From Cenococcum geophilum (taxonomy: Eukaryota): a DNA stretch of 64,000 nucleotides. The notes beneath the pieces were generated by a model. That model was not told where the DNA came from and made no database searches. It worked only from the letters and a program-made list of their open reading frames with translations. Below, piece by piece: positions 38,746 through 51,419 of this stretch; positions within the stretch are counted from its first letter, which is position 1; each line of letters begins with the position of its first letter. The stretch covers positions 9,486,001 to 9,550,000 of the forward strand of contig CP158636.1 of NCBI GenBank assembly GCA_050273025.1, read 5' to 3'. The position numbers and the translations under genes are program-made.

Positions 38746-41700
38746 TATTAAACGGACGATTAGGAATAAGAACTCTGTTTTATTAAAAAGGGCTCTAGAA
38801 GCTCTCTTATATACATTAGGTAGGTCCTAAATATAATGACGACGACGTCATTATGTAGTAGGTCATAGTTAAGAGAAATAGGTAATAAGACGTTCGATAA
38901 GACATACGAGCTCAAGATACGAGACAACTAAGACATAGTTCGTATAGACGATCTAGGTCGTTAGACAGTATTACAATAGTAGTAAGGAACTTCAATTTAG
39001 GTTAACACACCCCCCTAGCTACACAGAGCCTTCTAGGCTGCTATAGAAAATACTAAAAAGTCACAATAGCAATTTAGTGTTGAGTTAAAGGAAATCCTCT
39101 ATATATTTACCTTGCCCAAATATTATTTAAATTAAATTAAATTAGATCCTTAATATTAATGAGGTTTAATTGCTAAACGAACGTCTTATGCTTTTAACGA
39201 GGCAGAGCCTTCGTTAGGCCATCTGCTGTTATATCCGCAGTAGGCACCTATTTAATATTAATGCTTCCTTTACGAACTTCCTGGCAGAGCTAGTGGTAAT
39301 AGATATTAACGTGTCAAAGCTTAGTGTTGAGCTCCGCGTTGCTTTTAGTAAGTAGTTAAATTATCTACAGGTTGTTGTAATATATTATTTATTTCTTATT
39401 AGGGTTAAATCCGATTTCTTTAAAGAATTACTGCCACCAAATTAACTTAGTAGCTGTATACAATAGGGCTAGGAGCTCTGCTTCCGTGCTTAATTTTATT
39501 ACTAACTTTTACTTTATAGATCGCCAGTTAATTGGCCCTCTAAATAAGGTAAATAGATAACCTTCTATGCTCTTTCTACTCACTAGGTTATTGCCGAATA
39601 ATGCGTCGCTAGCCCTTACGAAGATCTAGTTTATTATATTCTCCTTTAAGTACTTAATCGTAAGAGTCTTGGTTTAATTAAGGTAGGTAATTGCCCTTAT
39701 AGCAGCTGCGTCATAAATTAGTAACGGATTTTGTGAGAATTCTGATAGCTTGCTTACTATTCTCGCTATATCTAGACAAGTGATATTAGCTATATAGAGT
39801 ATAGATCCGACTTTCCTCTAATAGGCATAGGTATCCTGCTTAGAGGCTTACTCTAGATTAGGCTTAAGTTCCTTAATACCCATTGGTGTATATATCTTGC
39901 GATAATCTTTAACTTTAAAGCTTGTTGTAATTTTATTAATATAGGAATCCTAGCTAAGCTAGAGCTTCCTATTCTTTCTATTGCGGATAATTTAAATTTC
40001 TAAGAACTAGGTAAGGTTACCTAGGTCCTTTATCTCGTACTTTCTTATAAGGTACTCCTTAAAGGTTTAGAGCTTAAGTAGATCTTTCTTCCTAAATATA
40101 GCTGTGATATTATTAACGTAAAAGAAGACTATTAGCTAATCGTTGTAATATAGGCAAGGTTCCTTTGCCACTAGCTTTAAGCCTTCCTTTTTTAGCGTTA
40201 TTATTAAGTTACCGTGCTATAGCAGAGGTGATCGCCTTAATCCATAGAGCGCTCTTTGGAGAAGTAGGCACTTACCCTTAACTAGAAATCTATTTGGATA
40301 CTTAACATATACGACCTTATTGATTACGCTATTTACAAATATATTAACAGCGTCGCCTTACTAGCAGTCCAGGTTAAATATTACGATAATAGCTATTAAG
40401 GCTCTAAACGATCTTGCTACTAAAGTTACAGCATAGGTGTTCTTATAAACTAACTCTTATAGATCACCTTATACGCAAAGACGAGCTTTAAATCTCGTTA
40501 GATATCTATTAATATTAGTCTTATATATAAATACCTAGATAATAGGTACAGTTTTAATATAGATTGTCTTGTTAACAACTTAAAACGTTCCTTAATTTTA
40601 AAGGTCTGTATACTCCTTCTAAGCAGCAGCCGCGAACTCTTTCTTATATTAATGTCTTTAAAGCTCCTTCTAATTCCTAGGCGGCAGTAGAAGCTAATTG
40701 CGGTATAGCTTTTTATAAAATGTGAGCCCTACATTAAAGGCTAATCTTTAAGCTAGAAGGCTCTGGTTAGTAACGTTAGCAAGAAAGCCTACATAGATCT
40801 TTAATCGTCCTTTAAGTCTCTTTCCTTTAACCACATTTTACTCTCCTATATCGCCATTAATCTTCTTCTTTAGCTTAGCTTTATTAGTCGGAACTAGGAT
40901 ATAGTGCGGCTTCTTTACTAAGGTATTTAAGGACGGTGGTGGAGGCTCTGGTGAGTTAGGTTCTAATGTCTCGTCTAAGGTAGAAAGCCCTAGAGCTAAG
41001 TCATCTTTAGAGCTTAAATCTTATTACTTACTACTCTCAATATTAGGCTCTTTCTTATTTCCACCAGATTCCACCTATCGTCTCCCTTTAGTATTAACTT
41101 AAATCTTATCTTAAGTCTTATTACTTTTATTAGATAACAATTCCAATTTGTCTTAAAGATCCTATATTTAATGGATATTAATAATTTCTAATATTTAGTC
41201 AGTTCTGACTTGGAGTACATTCGCTAGATCTAGCTGTAAGTTATTATAAAGCAACCGCTTATTAAACTTTACGTCTCTAGTTCTTATAACCTTCTTTTGA
41301 CTAGAAATGTAGATTCGGAATATATTCGTCGAATTATATCCTACCAGATATCCTATATAGGCCCTTGGCGCGAGCTTATTTAGGCGTAGAATATTATACT
41401 TAAGAGGGTAGGCCCTACAGCCGTAGACTTATAGGTAGCCTATATTTGGTTTTAGTAGTGATATACCCATAGCTAACTAGATTCTTTTAAAAGGCGTCTA
41501 CCACCCGAGTCTTCTACTGGGCGTTTAATTGAGTAGATAGGTAGCTACTTTGTAAACTTTAGGATATAGCTCCTCTGGTAGATAAGCCTCAATTCTTATA
41601 CACCGAGCCTTCTGTATAATCACCCCCCTAGATCGTTCCGCTGGACCGTTCTATAATTAAGTATTAGGTGCTAATCTTTCGATACTAATTCCTCGTTCAG

Positions 41701-44100
41701 CTGCCCATTCCTTAAATTCGCCTACAAGAGACGTCTCTCTATTTATATGGATAATGGCTACCTTAAAGCCATATCGTTATTTAATGACATTGCAATATTT
41801 AATAACAATTTGGGTAAGGGACGACTTTTTAGCCATCGTCTCTACCTTATTTATTCGCGTTGCGTTATTAAGGAAGTATACCGTATACTTATCGCCATTA
41901 AATGCGACTATTCCGGGTATTAAATTAAGGTGGATTTTATAGAAAGGAACTAGCAACCAAGTCGGAGGTCTTCTAGATACCACCTTATGAGCTTTACTTA
42001 CTCTACACGATTCACATTCTACCGTCGTTAGGCCTTTTACAATCGCGCCCGTTACTAACTAAGGTAGTTACTTAATCGCGTCTTTTCCTACATAGCCCAT
42101 TTGCTAATACTATATATAGCCTTCTACCTAATTTAGCAGAGGCTTTAATAAATACTTTATTAGCTTTAATTGAGTCGCAAATAAAGCCTCAGGTAAGTCA
42201 CTTTTTGGCTTATTATATTTAATGGTGTTTTAACCATAGTAGCGGCCATAGTAGGCGTACGTCTCGTCGTCGCTATAGAAGAGAGTGTTCTCTTTATTGT
42301 TCTAGTAGACTCCCTTATTATTAAGCTTATTAAGACATACCAAGTTGGTATGGAAGCCTAGTATAAAGGCTGCTCCTAAGAGCTATATCTATCTCTTCCC
42401 TTTTAGGTTATTAATCGTAACTATAGCTATACTATAGCCTACGATTTCTTCTATATGCGAGCCTGTGTAGACACGTTCTATTATAGGCTCGATATCGCTA
42501 ATAAACCTAGCTTTATTATTAAAGACGTATAAGCTGGTTCCTGAGTTAAGAATCACACTATCGCGAAGCTTGTAATTGGAAGTTGTGTTGTTAGATCCTA
42601 TATAATAAACTATAAAGTTTCCGGTAGGCCCTTATAAGCTCTAATTACTGCCTTTCTTTGGCTTTTTGTTGGCTCAATCGTCCTTATTAGCTTAATTGTC
42701 CTTTTTAATTTACTTAATATAAGCCTTAATTTCGGGCGTTGCATTAGCAATCTTCTTATCCACCTTCTTCTAAATTTCATTACTTGGTTTAAACCACAAT
42801 AGGCGAGGAATCAACTCTATAATATACCAGTATTTATTAAAGTAGTGACGCTTTCCATATAGGCACTCTAGCGGCGGTTACCTTTCCTTCTTCTGCTTAT
42901 CTGCTAACAATTAAGGCTTTAATTTAGGCTTTAAATTCGGTGACTTATCTTTAAAGGTAACTCCAAAGGATCCTCCTTATGGGGTTTTGCCCTTTTAGGC
43001 GAGGTCTGTACAACGGTGGTTTTAGTATATTTTAACTAGTTTAAAGAAGGTAGAAAGCATCTTCTTCTCCCACTTACGCTTATTAAGCTTATTCTTCCAA
43101 TATTCTAACCAGCTTAGTATAATTAATTTAACTATATATGCGAAGTCTTTTACCAAACGATTACCATCTACCTTAGGTAGAGCTTGCTCCTTATACTCTG
43201 TGTATACCTTCTCCCACTCTTATAACCAGATCTTAAAGTTCTAGTTCCAAGGCGCCTTCTTAAGCCTTATATATTAAGTGGCTATTTAAAGCTTTTAGGC
43301 GTAGTTAGTTGGAGTAATTCTCTTCTTAAGAGATACTAAGACGTTATAGGTGGTGGTGCATTTAAACGTGTAGATAAGGTAGGTATATAAGATAGAGCTT
43401 AGGATATAGCTGCGCAACGTATTAAGAGCTGACAGCTGTTTTCTATATAGCTTTATATTGTCCCTATAGTCGGCTTTAAGCGTATAGAGCTCCTCCTTCT
43501 TCTCCTTATCTAGGTCCGCGAGCTTCGTCTTCCCCCGGCTATTAGCATCCTTAGGTAAGGCACGAACAGGTTCTTTAAGCTATGGCAGATCGGTCTTAGG
43601 TATTAATAGGTTAACATACTTCCAGAGACGATTGTTATTTACTTTTAACTTAATAACCTTAATCCATTCGTCCCAATTGTTTAGGCTTACAAAGATAACG
43701 GATGATATAATAACAAGAGGGGTTTCTTGTTAAGAAGTCATTATAGGTAGTTATCTACGATTAAAATAATAATTAAAATTAATGGGAATAAAGGCTTTAG
43801 AATTAAAGATAATGCAGTAAACGGCCCGGGCTTATAACTATTAAACGGACAATTAGGAATAAGAACTCTGTTTTATTAAAGAGGGCTCTAGAAGCTCTCT
43901 TATATACATCAGGTAGGTCCCAAATACAATAACGACGACGTCGTCATGTAGTAGGTCATAGTTAAGAGAAACAGGTAATAAGACGTTCGATAAGACATAC
44001 GAGCTCAAGATACGAGACAACTGAGACATAGTTCGTATAGACGATCTAGGTCGTCAGACAGTATTACGATGGTAGTAAGGAACTTCGATTTAGGTCAACA
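38746..44100 (-). mobile_element. Full-length Ty1/Copia retrotransposon, RIP-inactivated
   Basis: 262-bp LTRs at 38746-39007 and 43839-44100; TSD TATAA (38741-38745, 44101-44105). PBS GTTATAAGCCCGGG after the 5' LTR and PPT GGGGGGTG. Minus-strand motifs VIL(D)SGTS, RALYGLRRSPLL, FFYV(D)(D)I and STEAELL. Confidence 0.95.
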
Positions 44101-45212
44101 TATAAATATACTTTTTATAATAAAGGTAGAAAGGCTAGATAGAATTTATCTTTAGAACCTAATACTTTACTTTATAAACCGTTTAAGTATAGCTTTTAAA
44201 ATATAGATCACTATCTAATATTATATAGCTTTCTTTATATATTCAATAATTATAGGGAATTTTTATATCTAGTGCAAATAAATTAAGATATTTATCCTTA
44301 ATATAATCTATTATCTTAGCCGTTACAAAACTGGTTTCCCCTTAGGCACGCTCCCTAACTTTCTCCGTACGGTCCGCATTGCGAAGCCATTCCTAAATTA
44401 GACCCTGCTAAGCTATCGCGCTTAAAGATATATTTTCCTAAGCACGCGCTTTCAATAATAATTTTAACAGAATACGTGCTTGCATTAATTATAAATATAA
44501 AAAAAAAAGTTAATCTAATTAGTGGATACCTTATAGCCTAAGGTATTATATAAAAGCAGGGCATCTATTGCAAAGGTCAATACCATAAGCCAGCAAGCTA
44601 GACGATAAGGTCTTAAGTTCTATTAGCTCAATCTGCTCTATAACTCTTATCGTAGTCTCCTTTTATAGTAACCATCACCTTCTATACTAAGCGCTTAAGT
44701 ACGGAGCCTAGATGGGAACTCATCGATATATTTAGTCGCGTATTCCCTCCATCTTTTAACTACCAAGAATCTAGTCAATTTTGCTGTCCTACTACGGGCT
44801 TTCACATGATCTGGATCTCTGCCACTTCTGCTAAGCTACTACAGACCTTTATATAATAGCATCCTAATGTTAATGTGAATTTTCTAGAAAGGAAAGCAGA
44901 ATTTAGTTATATAAATCATTAAAACTTTCTACAGTGAGGTTAAAGGGAATATAACTAATCCCTCACCCAAATATCCAACTTACATTGTGCGCTAGGTTGT
45001 GTCAGATGAGGAATAACGTGAAAGACAAGACATGAGCCTGAACTGCACTACGTAACGACTGAGGGGTAGATATAAGCAATATAAGGGATGACGCCTAACG
45101 GAGATGGAGCTGCCTGAGCTAGGTAGCAGAATGATGTTTTGCCTAAGGAAAAGCAATTAGACACCGGAACTGGTAAAATACCGACTATCCAACAGGTTGT
45201 TTGCCACCGCTG

Positions 45213-46169
45213 CTACCGGCTCCTGTATTCTAGCATATTCTGATTTGAAAACTGTCTTTCGGTGTCGGTGGAAGCAAATGGGAAGCTTGCCGTTTGGCAA
45301 GAAGGCCACGATGCTGACGTAGCTATTGTGCCTCTCGAGCTTGCATTCCAGAGCCTAACTGTCCTGTGGCCCGAAGCGGATGCCAGCAGCTTGCCGTCTG
45401 GTGAGAAGGCCACGGCCCTGACGGAGTTCTTATGCTCTTCAAGCGTCTCCAGTGGCTCTCCCGAGTCCGCGTCCCAGAGCCTAACGGTCTTGTCGACCGA
45501 AGCTGAAGCCAGCAGCTTGCCGTTTTGTGAGAATGTCACGGCCATGACCCAGTCTTTATGCCCCTTGAGCGTCCGCAGGGGCGCCCCGAGCCTGCGTCCC
45601 AGAGCCTAACGGTATTGTCGCTCAAGAAGATGCCTTCGCCCGAAGCTGACGCCAGCAGCTTGCTGTCGGGGGAGAAGGCCACGGCCCGGACCCAGTCCTT
45701 ACTTGAGCGTCCGCAGTGGCGCTCCCGAGCCTGCATTCCAGAGCCTGACGGTCTTGTCGTCCGAAGCGGACGCCAGCAGCTTGCCGTTGGGGGAGAAGGC
45801 CACGGCCCGGACCCAGTCCTTATGCCCCTTAAGCGTCCGTAGTAGCACTCCCGAGCCTGCATTCCAGAGCTTAACAGTCCTGTCGCCCGAAGCTGACGCC
45901 AGCAGCTTACCGTTTGGTGAGAAGGCCACGGCTGTGCCGGAGGCCCTATGCTCCTTGAGCGTCTGCAGTGGCGCTCCCGAGCCTACGTCCCAGAGCCTGA
46001 CGGTCTTGTCTCCCGAAGCGGATGCCAGCAGCTTGCCGTCCGGCGAGAAGGCCACGGCCCGAACCACGCCGGTATGCCCCTTGAGCGTCTGCAATGGCGC
46101 TCCCGAGCCTATGTTCCAGAGCCGAACTGTCTTGTCTTCCGAAGCAGACACCAGCAGCTTGCCGTTTGG
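45213..46169 (-). pseudogene. WD40-repeat tail of the HET gene, disrupted
   Basis: Follows the HET ORF in frame after TGA 46172-46170. A 5-nt deletion creates TAA 45701-45699; an 18-nt insertion (EGIFLS) and a 1-nt deletion (~45585) return to the original frame, which ends at TAG 45215-45213. Confidence 0.8.
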
Positions 46170-46220
46170 TCAGAAGGCCACGGCCCAGACCGGGCTATCA
46201 TGCCCCTCGAGCGTCTGCAG
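45327..46220 (-). repeat. Seven highly similar 126-bp WD40 units (starts 46220, 46094, 45968, 45842, 45716, 45578, 45452)
   Basis: Consensus LxTLxGHxxxVxAVAFSPxGKLLASASxDKTVRLWxxGSGAP, typical of fungal NWD/HNWD receptors. Confidence 0.95.
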
Positions 46221-47018
46221 TAAGTAACACCCTTCCAGTATTCCTCGTTCGCCTTTCTCATCATCTTTATACTTTATAGCTTCGTGGATCTCCTTTCTAA
46301 GCCGAACACCTGCATTATCCCTTCCCTCGCCATATATAAGCGGCATGAAGATACCGAAAATTCCGAGTAGAGAGTACGCCCAGTCTTCCTCACGCGTAGT
46401 CTGGCGTTCTTCCGCCCATTTGGATTGCTCATCAACGCCGAACTGAGATAGTGGGGTTCCGTGAAGCGCCGGAACAGCAATCCCCGTTATCTCGTGAATT
46501 TGTCGTTCTAGAGATCTCTTGTCACCGAGCCGCTGTCCCTCTCGGGAGAAGAATTCAACCGAGACTGGTGCAAGAAGCTCTTGGAGCGTCCAGCCTCGAG
46601 TGAACCATCTACTCGCCCGAAAAGCTGATTCCCATAGGGGCTGGGAGAGTTGACTATTCTGTTCACAATCACCAATCGAAACATCTGACAGATACACATA
46701 GCATCGAGTCGCATTGCGGTACCAGCGAAACATGGAATTGATAGCCTCTGAGAGCTCGTTGTTGTTTGATTTGTCGATACAACAAGTATCCACCCAGAAG
46801 TACCGGAAGCCATCACGAGCAGCTTGTTCCCCACAGAACCGAATCTTCTTATAGCCAGCTTTACTCGTACCAGTGCCGTTTATCAGATCTTCCAACGTAA
46901 CCTCCTGGCCACGCGCTCCCCAGGTATGTGAGAGTATACCATATTTCGGAATATCGTCGTTAGCCATGTCGTCGGTCAAGCGGAGCTCGCCGTTGTTCGT
47001 GCGCTCTAAAAGACGCAT
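46170..47018 (-). CDS. HET (heterokaryon incompatibility) domain protein, HET-E-like N-terminus, 282 aa
   Basis: Intact, un-RIPped ORF with YGILSHTWG, KIRFCGEQA, WVDTCCIDK, ELSEAINSMFRWY, CYVYLSDV, SRWFTRGWTLQELLAP, TTREED and YSLLGIF...LIYGEG. Confidence 0.9.
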   Translation of the reverse strand: MRLLERTNNGELRLTDDMANDDIPKYGILSHTWGARGQEVTLEDLINGTGTSKAGYKKIRFCGEQAARDGFRYFWVDTCCIDKSNNNELSEAINSMFRWYRNATRCYVYLSDVSIGDCEQNSQLSQPLWESAFRASRWFTRGWTLQELLAPVSVEFFSREGQRLGDKRSLERQIHEITGIAVPALHGTPLSQFGVDEQSKWAEERQTTREEDWAYSLLGIFGIFMPLIYGEGRDNAGVRLRKEIHEAIKYKDDEKGERGILEGCYLLQTLEGHDSPVWAVAF

Positions 47019-47249
47019 TATTTCGACGAGGAACAGATGAAATACGACTATGCTGGCTGGAGATTCGGTGGAATGGTCATGGAGAACATGCGCAGTGATG
47101 TGGGGCAGTACCAGGAGGCTTAGCGTGGGCAGACAGCGTTGCAGCGTTACTATGCTTTGCGAAAGTATTTAGCGTATTCATAATTGCGCGGAAAGGCCTG
47201 GCAAATCCATCCCCCTAAATTTGTATGGTCGAACCTTAGGATACCACTA

Positions 47250-47724
47250 CAGCGATGTGCACGACCAGCTTCCACCCCCCTCTGGAAAAATATTATTTCG
47301 CTTCGGTACGCGGGCTCGCTAGCAATCGTAGCGAACGCCCATGCTTGGCTGCAAGAACTTTACTTCTGACAGACTTCGCGATCGGCCTTCCTCCGCAGTG
47401 TCGTAATCTTTGTCAAATATCGTGCACAAGGTTTTTACCCGTACGATATCACCAAATTTCATCGGCAATTGCAGGAACAGCTTTGTATTCGCGTTTTGGC
47501 GGCCACAGCGGGGGGGCCCAATTAAGGGGGAGGGGAGGGCGCGTACGTTTCTCCTGGCCAACTAAGGCGATTCTCCAGGGCAACCACTGAAATGGTCCTT
47601 GCGTGCAGGCACATGCGTTCGCTACAATTACTATGTACAGTTGGTGGCGATTTAGCGAGCTCGCGTGCCGAAGCGAAATAATATTTTTCCAGAGGGGGGT
47701 GGAAGCTGGTCGTGCACATCGCTG
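47250..47724. mobile_element. MITE, Tc1/mariner-type, 475 bp
   Basis: About 70-bp TIRs CAGCGATGTGCACGACCAGCTTCCACCCCC...; TA on both sides; no transposase; an inverted second copy lies at 53183-53658. Confidence 0.92.
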
Positions 47725-50700
47725 TACTATCAATTTTTTACTGCAACAAAGATAAAAATTAGTATGAAGCCTTAATCCTTACCTAATTAGGCAACTGTAT
47801 ACTGACTTCTGGCAAACAGCGATGGCCGCTCAACCACTCCCTCGCCGAAAGCGCACAAATCAACACTTTCTGTCGATTCAGGTTGGATTTAGCCTATTAC
47901 CCTATCCTTGTTCTCATTCCGGGTGTACTACTACCCTCGTTTCAGTTACATACCCCCCCTCCCATTCCTATTTCAGACACCTACCTTATGTATAAATAGC
48001 TTCTTTTCTTCATAGTTGAATAGACAGAGTCCTTATTCTTTACTTACTCATCGGTGCACGGACTACCGATCGACAGTTATAAGCCCGGGTGACTTGCCAT
48101 ATTGCACCTATTTAACTAATTAATTTGATTAATCGTACCCCTCATTAAATACTTCATTCGTCTTTGCAAGCACCTCTCAATATAACTTCTCAACCTACCC
48201 AAGCTGTTACTATAACGGTGATATTATTAAACTAAGCTGATTGGGACGAATGGATTAACCTTATTAGGCTTCGAGCTCGAACAGGTAACGTATGGGAGTA
48301 CGTCGACCCCTTAACTAAATAGGATAAGTTGCCCCGTTTACTTAAACTAGTCTTTCCTAAGCCTTAAGATATAAAGTTAAGAATAACCTTATATGTAGCT
48401 CTCTCTAAGGACAAGAAGGACGAGCTTTAAATTCTCCGTAAGAGGTATAAGATAGTAGAGAAGGAATATAAAAAGTAGAAGGCAGCTTTAACCTCCCTAT
48501 AAAGTTATATTACTAGTATAGTGGCCAGGAACCTTAACACCTATATACTGGGTATTAACTCGGTATATAACACCCTAGTGGCTCTTAAGGAGAGGGTTGC
48601 CCCCACTAATATAGCATAAGAACTGTACCTATCTACTTAATATACCAAGGTTAAAAAGGGCCTAAAGAACCAGAACTTCGAAGCCTGGCTATAGCAGTAG
48701 GAGAAGACATATAACGACTATAAAAAGATTAAATTGCCGGACGTATACGGCGACTAAGCGATTAGAGATTTTCTAATAGCGGTAGAGCCAGCATTACCAA
48801 ACTAGGCCTTAACGTGGAGGGTTAAATTTAATAAATACGACTGGGCCAGTGACTAGATAATATCTATAGATTAACTAGTTAAAATATATTGGAACTATTA
48901 ATAGGTAGAGACTGCCCAAAAGAGAAGAGATTAGCTTAGTGCTAATACAGTAGGCTTCTAGGGCGAGTTAATTAACGGAGCTCGTAAGGATAAAGCTCCT
49001 AAAGCACCTAAGGACAAGGCTCCTAGAACTATATCGTCTAGAACGTTATAGAAAAAAGACGCCCCACCGTACTACTACGGAGATATTTACTGGTTTCTGG
49101 AGTGTCCTTATATTAACAAATTAGTTCAATTAAAAGACTGGAAATTAGATAAAGCCACGGCTATAAAAGTTAAGGAAAGGATTATAAGCGTATTAGATTA
49201 GACTAAGTTAAAAATTAAGAAAATAAGAAAAGAGGCTTTAGGTAAGGAAGCTTTATAAAAGGAAGCTATACGGAGCCTAGACGGAAGTTAAAAAGAAGAT
49301 AACTATGGTATCTTTACCATATACTAAGTGGGAGCCTATAACGCAGGTTTTAACTATAAGCTGCGTAATAGCGTAATTTTTAACAATGGAACTATAATAT
49401 ACGTTATTAACAACTAATTAAGATTCGTCGACAAGCTTTAGCTAAGTAATAACTTTATATACGCCGGAACGGGCCTAGATCTAGTTAAGGGTATAAAAAC
49501 GGCAGCAGTTACGATCTAGACGCTAGTAGGCCCTAAGAGGATCCTACTAGCTAACGCAGCGTATATACCGGCGTTCTATATAAATTTGGCCTATCTAGAT
49601 AGGTTTAACGATAAGAATATATAGTGGGACAATAAAAAGAACCTACTATATTACAAAGACGATTGTAAAACGTTTGCCTATTACGGGCGATATTATAACC
49701 AAAACACGCTTAAATATAATAAGCTAAAGGCCTTATTTATAATCTAATTGTAAAACCCCCTTCCTGATTAGGAAGTAGTAGGAAGGCTCTAGTATAAGAG
49801 ACTAGGTTATATAGGACCTAACGCAATTAAGTATCTACTATTAGGTAAAACCTAAGTAGATAGTTATATAGCTGTAAGGTACGGGCGACCCTAGGGCAAC
49901 CTAGGGGTGACTCGCCCGTAAGGTACGTGCTCTATATATACCTAGGGAAAACCCTTCCTACCTTACACATAGACTCCTCCTTTTCCCTTAAGGATTCGTC
50001 TCTGTCTATACAAATATACCCATTATTCTATTATTGGACTCCCTATCCATATCTTTACCTTATATTTAAATCCTTACTAATCCCTTTAGGAGGATAGCCG
50101 GTTTAATTTTATATAATCTATAATGCCTCCAAAGATACGATTAACGCCTATACTTAACGGCAATACGCCCGCAATACGACGGCAAAGTGCCTTAGTATTT
50201 AGTGTAAATAAAAACGGTAGTAGCACACTAGTAGAATCTAAGCCACCTTCCAAATCTTAAGATTAAATATCTATAAACGCTAGAGACTAGTTTGACTTAT
50301 ATACCTAGGCTTAATAGAAGCTTAGTAAGGTTATTAGCGTCCTACTAAATACTACTAACCTAAAGGAGCTAGATAAGCTAGCTAATATAATAGCTAACTT
50401 ATGGAGTATTATCAATTTAATAAAACCCTCCCGTTGTCTCTTTAGCGAAGAGTATAAGTCGCGCAGCAAACGCATATGACGAACAAATCTTAACGCCCTG
50501 GTTAAGAAGTTACCGCCTAATATTAGTGGCACTACTTAACAGAAGTTTGACCAGTGGATTACTGTAATTAAGAATTAATTTAAGATCTATAACGCTAACT
50601 ACGACTACAAGCAACGTACGCGCTAGGCCATTAAAGGTCTTATAAAAGAGAAGATAGTCGCCTAACTAGTGCATTACCGTCTAGGCGCTAAAGATAAAGG

Positions 50701-51419
50701 TCCTCTACTATAGGACGAACTTAAGACTATGGTCCAAGACTAGATTAAGAACCCTACAGTAAGACGCTTTAAAAATGCTACTGCGTACTATATAACTGTA
50801 ATAAAGGGGAACCAGAAGTGCGATACCTTCTTAGCCCGTATACGTAGCTTAGAGGACCTTTTTTTATATACCCCTTTTATTAACCGTAATTAAGAGGTAG
50901 ACTTTTAATTCTTATACCTCTTAACCTACCTATAAGCAGAGCTCTTCTGCCAGAACTTTGCTATATGGGTAAGAACCGCTAAAGACCTCTTTATAGAAAT
51001 CCGCTATATAGAGTAACTGCTCTACACTATAAAGCTCGCGGAAGACCGCGTAGCTAGTAGCGGCAGATCCTTACGTTTAAAGCGTGGTTGTAGTATAGGC
51101 TCTATAGGGTTAGGTTTAGAGAACGGAACCCTAAGAAGGCAACGCTTTCCTAACTAAGCTTTAAGGGAGACTACTTAACAGCTAGACGGCTCTAAGGACC
51201 CCCTAGACACCGGCGCTATAAATATAAATTGCTAAGACGAACGCAGCTTTCGGAAAACCTAAGGCCCTAGCGGCGTACCTCTTAGCTGTAACTAGGGCCT
51301 AATATGGAGGGAGAAGAGGAACGCATTATGGTATATATTGCGATAGATACGCCCTGGCAAAGTCCGCCTATATACTTAATATAACAATAGGTACCAAATT
51401 AACCTTAATGCTAAGCTAC

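Noticed and set aside
44106..44850. Possible DNA transposon or gene remnant flanking the Copia (with 38100-38740)
   Set aside because: No TIR, TSD or catalytic motif could be identified by eye.
46170..46172. A-to-I editing rescue of the premature stop
   Set aside because: UGA>UGG would give Trp where all other repeats have Ser; it does not restore the consensus and nothing in the sequence supports it.
45262..46279. Plus-strand ORFs over the WD region
   Set aside because: Antisense shadows of the GC-rich WD40 repeats.
47184..47733. Small ORFs upstream of HET as an antitoxin or partner gene
   Set aside because: They lie within the MITE, and the shared peptides come from its TIRs; the same applies to 53190-53387.
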